Assembly: GCA_934183185.1 (NCBI GenBank)
Contig: CAKPSO010000002.1
Span: 3,050 to 67,049 of the forward strand
Direction of reading: 5' to 3'
Length of the DNA: 64,000 bases
Origin: an uncultured Bacilli bacterium
GTDB taxonomy: Bacteria > Bacillota_I > Bacilli_A > RF39 > UBA660
Part shown: in pieces, positions 61,965-64,000 of the stretch
Numbering within the stretch: the first letter of the stretch is position 1
How the letters are laid out: every line of letters begins with the position of its first letter
Program-made: the position numbers and the translations under genes
Notes under the pieces: model-generated
Told to the model about the DNA's origin: nothing
What the model saw: only the letters and a program-made list of their open reading frames with translations
Database searches by the model: none

Positions 61965-63992
61965 TTACTCAACTTCTTCAAACTGAGAGTTATATAAATC
62001 AGCATAGAAGCCATTTTTTCTCATCAATTGATTATGATTACCCATTTCAATAATATTTCCCTCTTTCATTACTAATATTAAATCAGCATTTTTGATAGTT
62101 GATAATCTATGGGCAATTATAAATGATGTTTTCCCTTCAGTTAATTTATCCATGGCTTTTTGAACTAATTCCTCAGTTCTAGTATCAACATTAGATGTTG
62201 CTTCATCTAAAATTAAGAATGGAGCTTTTTCTATCATACCACGGGCTATAGTTAATAGCTGTTTCTGTCCCTGACTGATAGTATCACTGTCTAGAATTTC
62301 TGAATGGATACCACCTGGTAAGGTTTTAATAAAATGATCTATTCCTACTACTTTGCATGATTCCCATACTTCTTTTTCGGTTACATTTTCATTATTAAAC
62401 TTAATATTTTCTAAAATACTTCCCTCAAATAACCAGGTATCCTGTAGTACCATACAGAAAAGGTCATGAATATTTTCCCTAGTTAATTCTTTAGTTGATA
62501 CACCATCTATTAATATTTCGCCATCATTTATTTCATAGAATTTCATTAATAGATTTACCATTGTGGTTTTACCAGCACCAGTAGGACCAACAATAGCTAT
62601 TTTTTGTCCTGGTTTTACATGAACACTAAAATCTTTAATAATAGTTCTAGTATCATCATAGCCAAACTTAACGTGTTTAAATTCTATTTCACCCTTTACT
62701 TTGGTTTTTTCTAACTTTTTAGTTATATGATTTTGATTAGACATTTCTTTTTCATCTAAAAATTCAAATACCCTTTCACTAGCTGCAGCAGTAGACTGTA
62801 AGTATGTCATAGCTTGAGCAATTTGAGTAAGAGGATTAGTAAATAAACGTACATAAATAATAAAAGCAACTATTACTCCAAATGATATTTGATTATTTAT
62901 TACTAATAATGCTCCAACAATGCAAACTGCTAGGTAGCCAAAGTTTCCAATAAAGCCCATAATCGGTTGCATAAGTCCTGATAAAAATTGACTCTTACGA
63001 TTAGAATTATATAATTTTTTATTTAACATAGAAAAATGTTCTATAGCTTCATTACTACCATTATAAGCTTTAACTACATTGTGGCCTGAATACATTTCTT
63101 CAATATAACCATTTAAATCACCAAGTTCTGCTTGCTTTTCAGTAAAGTACTTTTGCGATTTTCCTAGTATTATAAACATTATAGAAAAACCAATTAAGCT
63201 AGATAATATAGCAGTAATTGCCATAATCCAGTTAGTTACAAACATCATTATTACTGAACCAATAAATAATGTAGAACTACTTACTAAGCTAGCTAAACTT
63301 TGATTTAAGTTTTGACTAATAGTATCAACATCATTAGTTACTCTTGATAAAATATCTCCAGTTTCATGGGTATCAAAATACTTAAGTGGTAATTTATTAA
63401 TTTTAGTACTTATCTTACTTCTTAGCTTTTTAGCAAAATTATTAGAAACTGTAGTCATTGAGAAGTTTTGAATAAAACTAAATATTGCGCTTATTACATA
63501 TAATGATGCTAGTAAAAATACATATTTATATACTTTATTCATATCTATTTTAGGCTCTACTAATTTATAAATAGAGGCAGGTAATTTATCTAATTCATTT
63601 AGTACTTGAGAATCTTTTTTATCACTAATTGAAGACATTAAAGTAATAAATTCTAGTTGGTCTTTACTGGTAATTGTTTGATTATCTATTTTAATGTCAT
63701 CAAACATTTCTAATAGAATATTAGGAGGAAGATTAGTTATCTGTTTTATATATTCTTTACTATTAGTATTAGTTAGAAAATCCTGTAAGGCTAGTTTATC
63801 AGTAGTACTTATGTCGGGATTAGTTAGTATATTTTTTATTTTTACTTCTAATTTATCTTCAGTAAAATTACTTGAAATAGTTTTAGTTACCTCTTCTAAT
63901 TTTTCAGTATTTGGTTTTAATCCTTCAGTTATTATATCAGTAAAATCTGATAGTTTATTAGGAGCAATTAGGGCTAATATTGCGCTAGCCAT
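61965..63992 (-). CDS. ABC exporter (fused TMD-NBD), N-terminus probably continues beyond window end
   Basis: Walker A GPTGAGKTT, signature ISQGQKQLL, Walker B FLILDEATS; frame open to position 64000. Confidence 0.8.
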   Translation of the reverse strand: MASAILALIAPNKLSDFTDIITEGLKPNTEKLEEVTKTISSNFTEDKLEVKIKNILTNPDISTTDKLALQDFLTNTNSKEYIKQITNLPPNILLEMFDDIKIDNQTITSKDQLEFITLMSSISDKKDSQVLNELDKLPASIYKLVEPKIDMNKVYKYVFLLASLYVISAIFSFIQNFSMTTVSNNFAKKLRSKISTKINKLPLKYFDTHETGDILSRVTNDVDTISQNLNQSLASLVSSSTLFIGSVIMMFVTNWIMAITAILSSLIGFSIMFIILGKSQKYFTEKQAELGDLNGYIEEMYSGHNVVKAYNGSNEAIEHFSMLNKKLYNSNRKSQFLSGLMQPIMGFIGNFGYLAVCIVGALLVINNQISFGVIVAFIIYVRLFTNPLTQIAQAMTYLQSTAAASERVFEFLDEKEMSNQNHITKKLEKTKVKGEIEFKHVKFGYDDTRTIIKDFSVHVKPGQKIAIVGPTGAGKTTMVNLLMKFYEINDGEILIDGVSTKELTRENIHDLFCMVLQDTWLFEGSILENIKFNNENVTEKEVWESCKVVGIDHFIKTLPGGIHSEILDSDTISQGQKQLLTIARGMIEKAPFLILDEATSNVDTRTEELVQKAMDKLTEGKTSFIIAHRLSTIKNADLILVMKEGNIIEMGNHNQLMRKNGFYADLYNSQFEEVE

Positions 63993-64000
63993 AGCTAATA

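Overview
The window is AT-rich (about 26-28% GC) low-GC Gram-positive (Bacillota/Erysipelotrichia-like) chromosome. It uses the standard genetic code, since long ORFs run uninterrupted. Nearly every gene is on the minus strand; only two plus-strand genes occur in 64 kb.

The backbone is housekeeping: tkt (partial), htpG, aspS-hisS, tgt, queA, ruvA/ruvB, yqeY-rpsU, pheS-pheT, frr, tsf-rpsB, infC-rpmI-rplT, efp, rpmG, a class B PBP, and nfo. Several ABC transporters are present, plus two T-box leaders (His and Phe) and tRNA-Leu(UAG) next to a CAU-anticodon tRNA.

Embedded accessory content, in rough order of interest:
1. A two-peptide double-glycine-leader bacteriocin locus. Its small precursor ORFs are absent from the ORF track. 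It sits beside a C39-peptidase ABC exporter.
2. Two large paralogous proteins with TasA/camelysin-type (SipW-cognate) N-termini. One lies inside a type IV pilin gene cluster bracketed by a ~440-bp near-identical direct repeat. The other lies next to a GT39 protein O-mannosyltransferase-like gene. Both have conspicuously GC-rich 3' ends (~49% over 200 nt in the first paralog).
3. Ribosomal proteins S2 and L20 both carry C-terminal Lys/Glu-rich extensions ending in the same Rho_N/SAP-like motif, encoded by near-identical DNA.
4. Tandem att-like repeats of the tRNA-Leu 3' flank delimit decayed mobilizable-element remnants (disrupted MobV relaxase, no integrase).
5. Extra genes sit between the T-box leaders and their aaRS genes, and between ruvA and ruvB.
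6. An amidoligase-like gene, a split GNAT gene, a CIRCE-like element on the htpG promoter, and a GerE/CotF-like sporulation cluster. No CRISPR array and no rRNA were seen.
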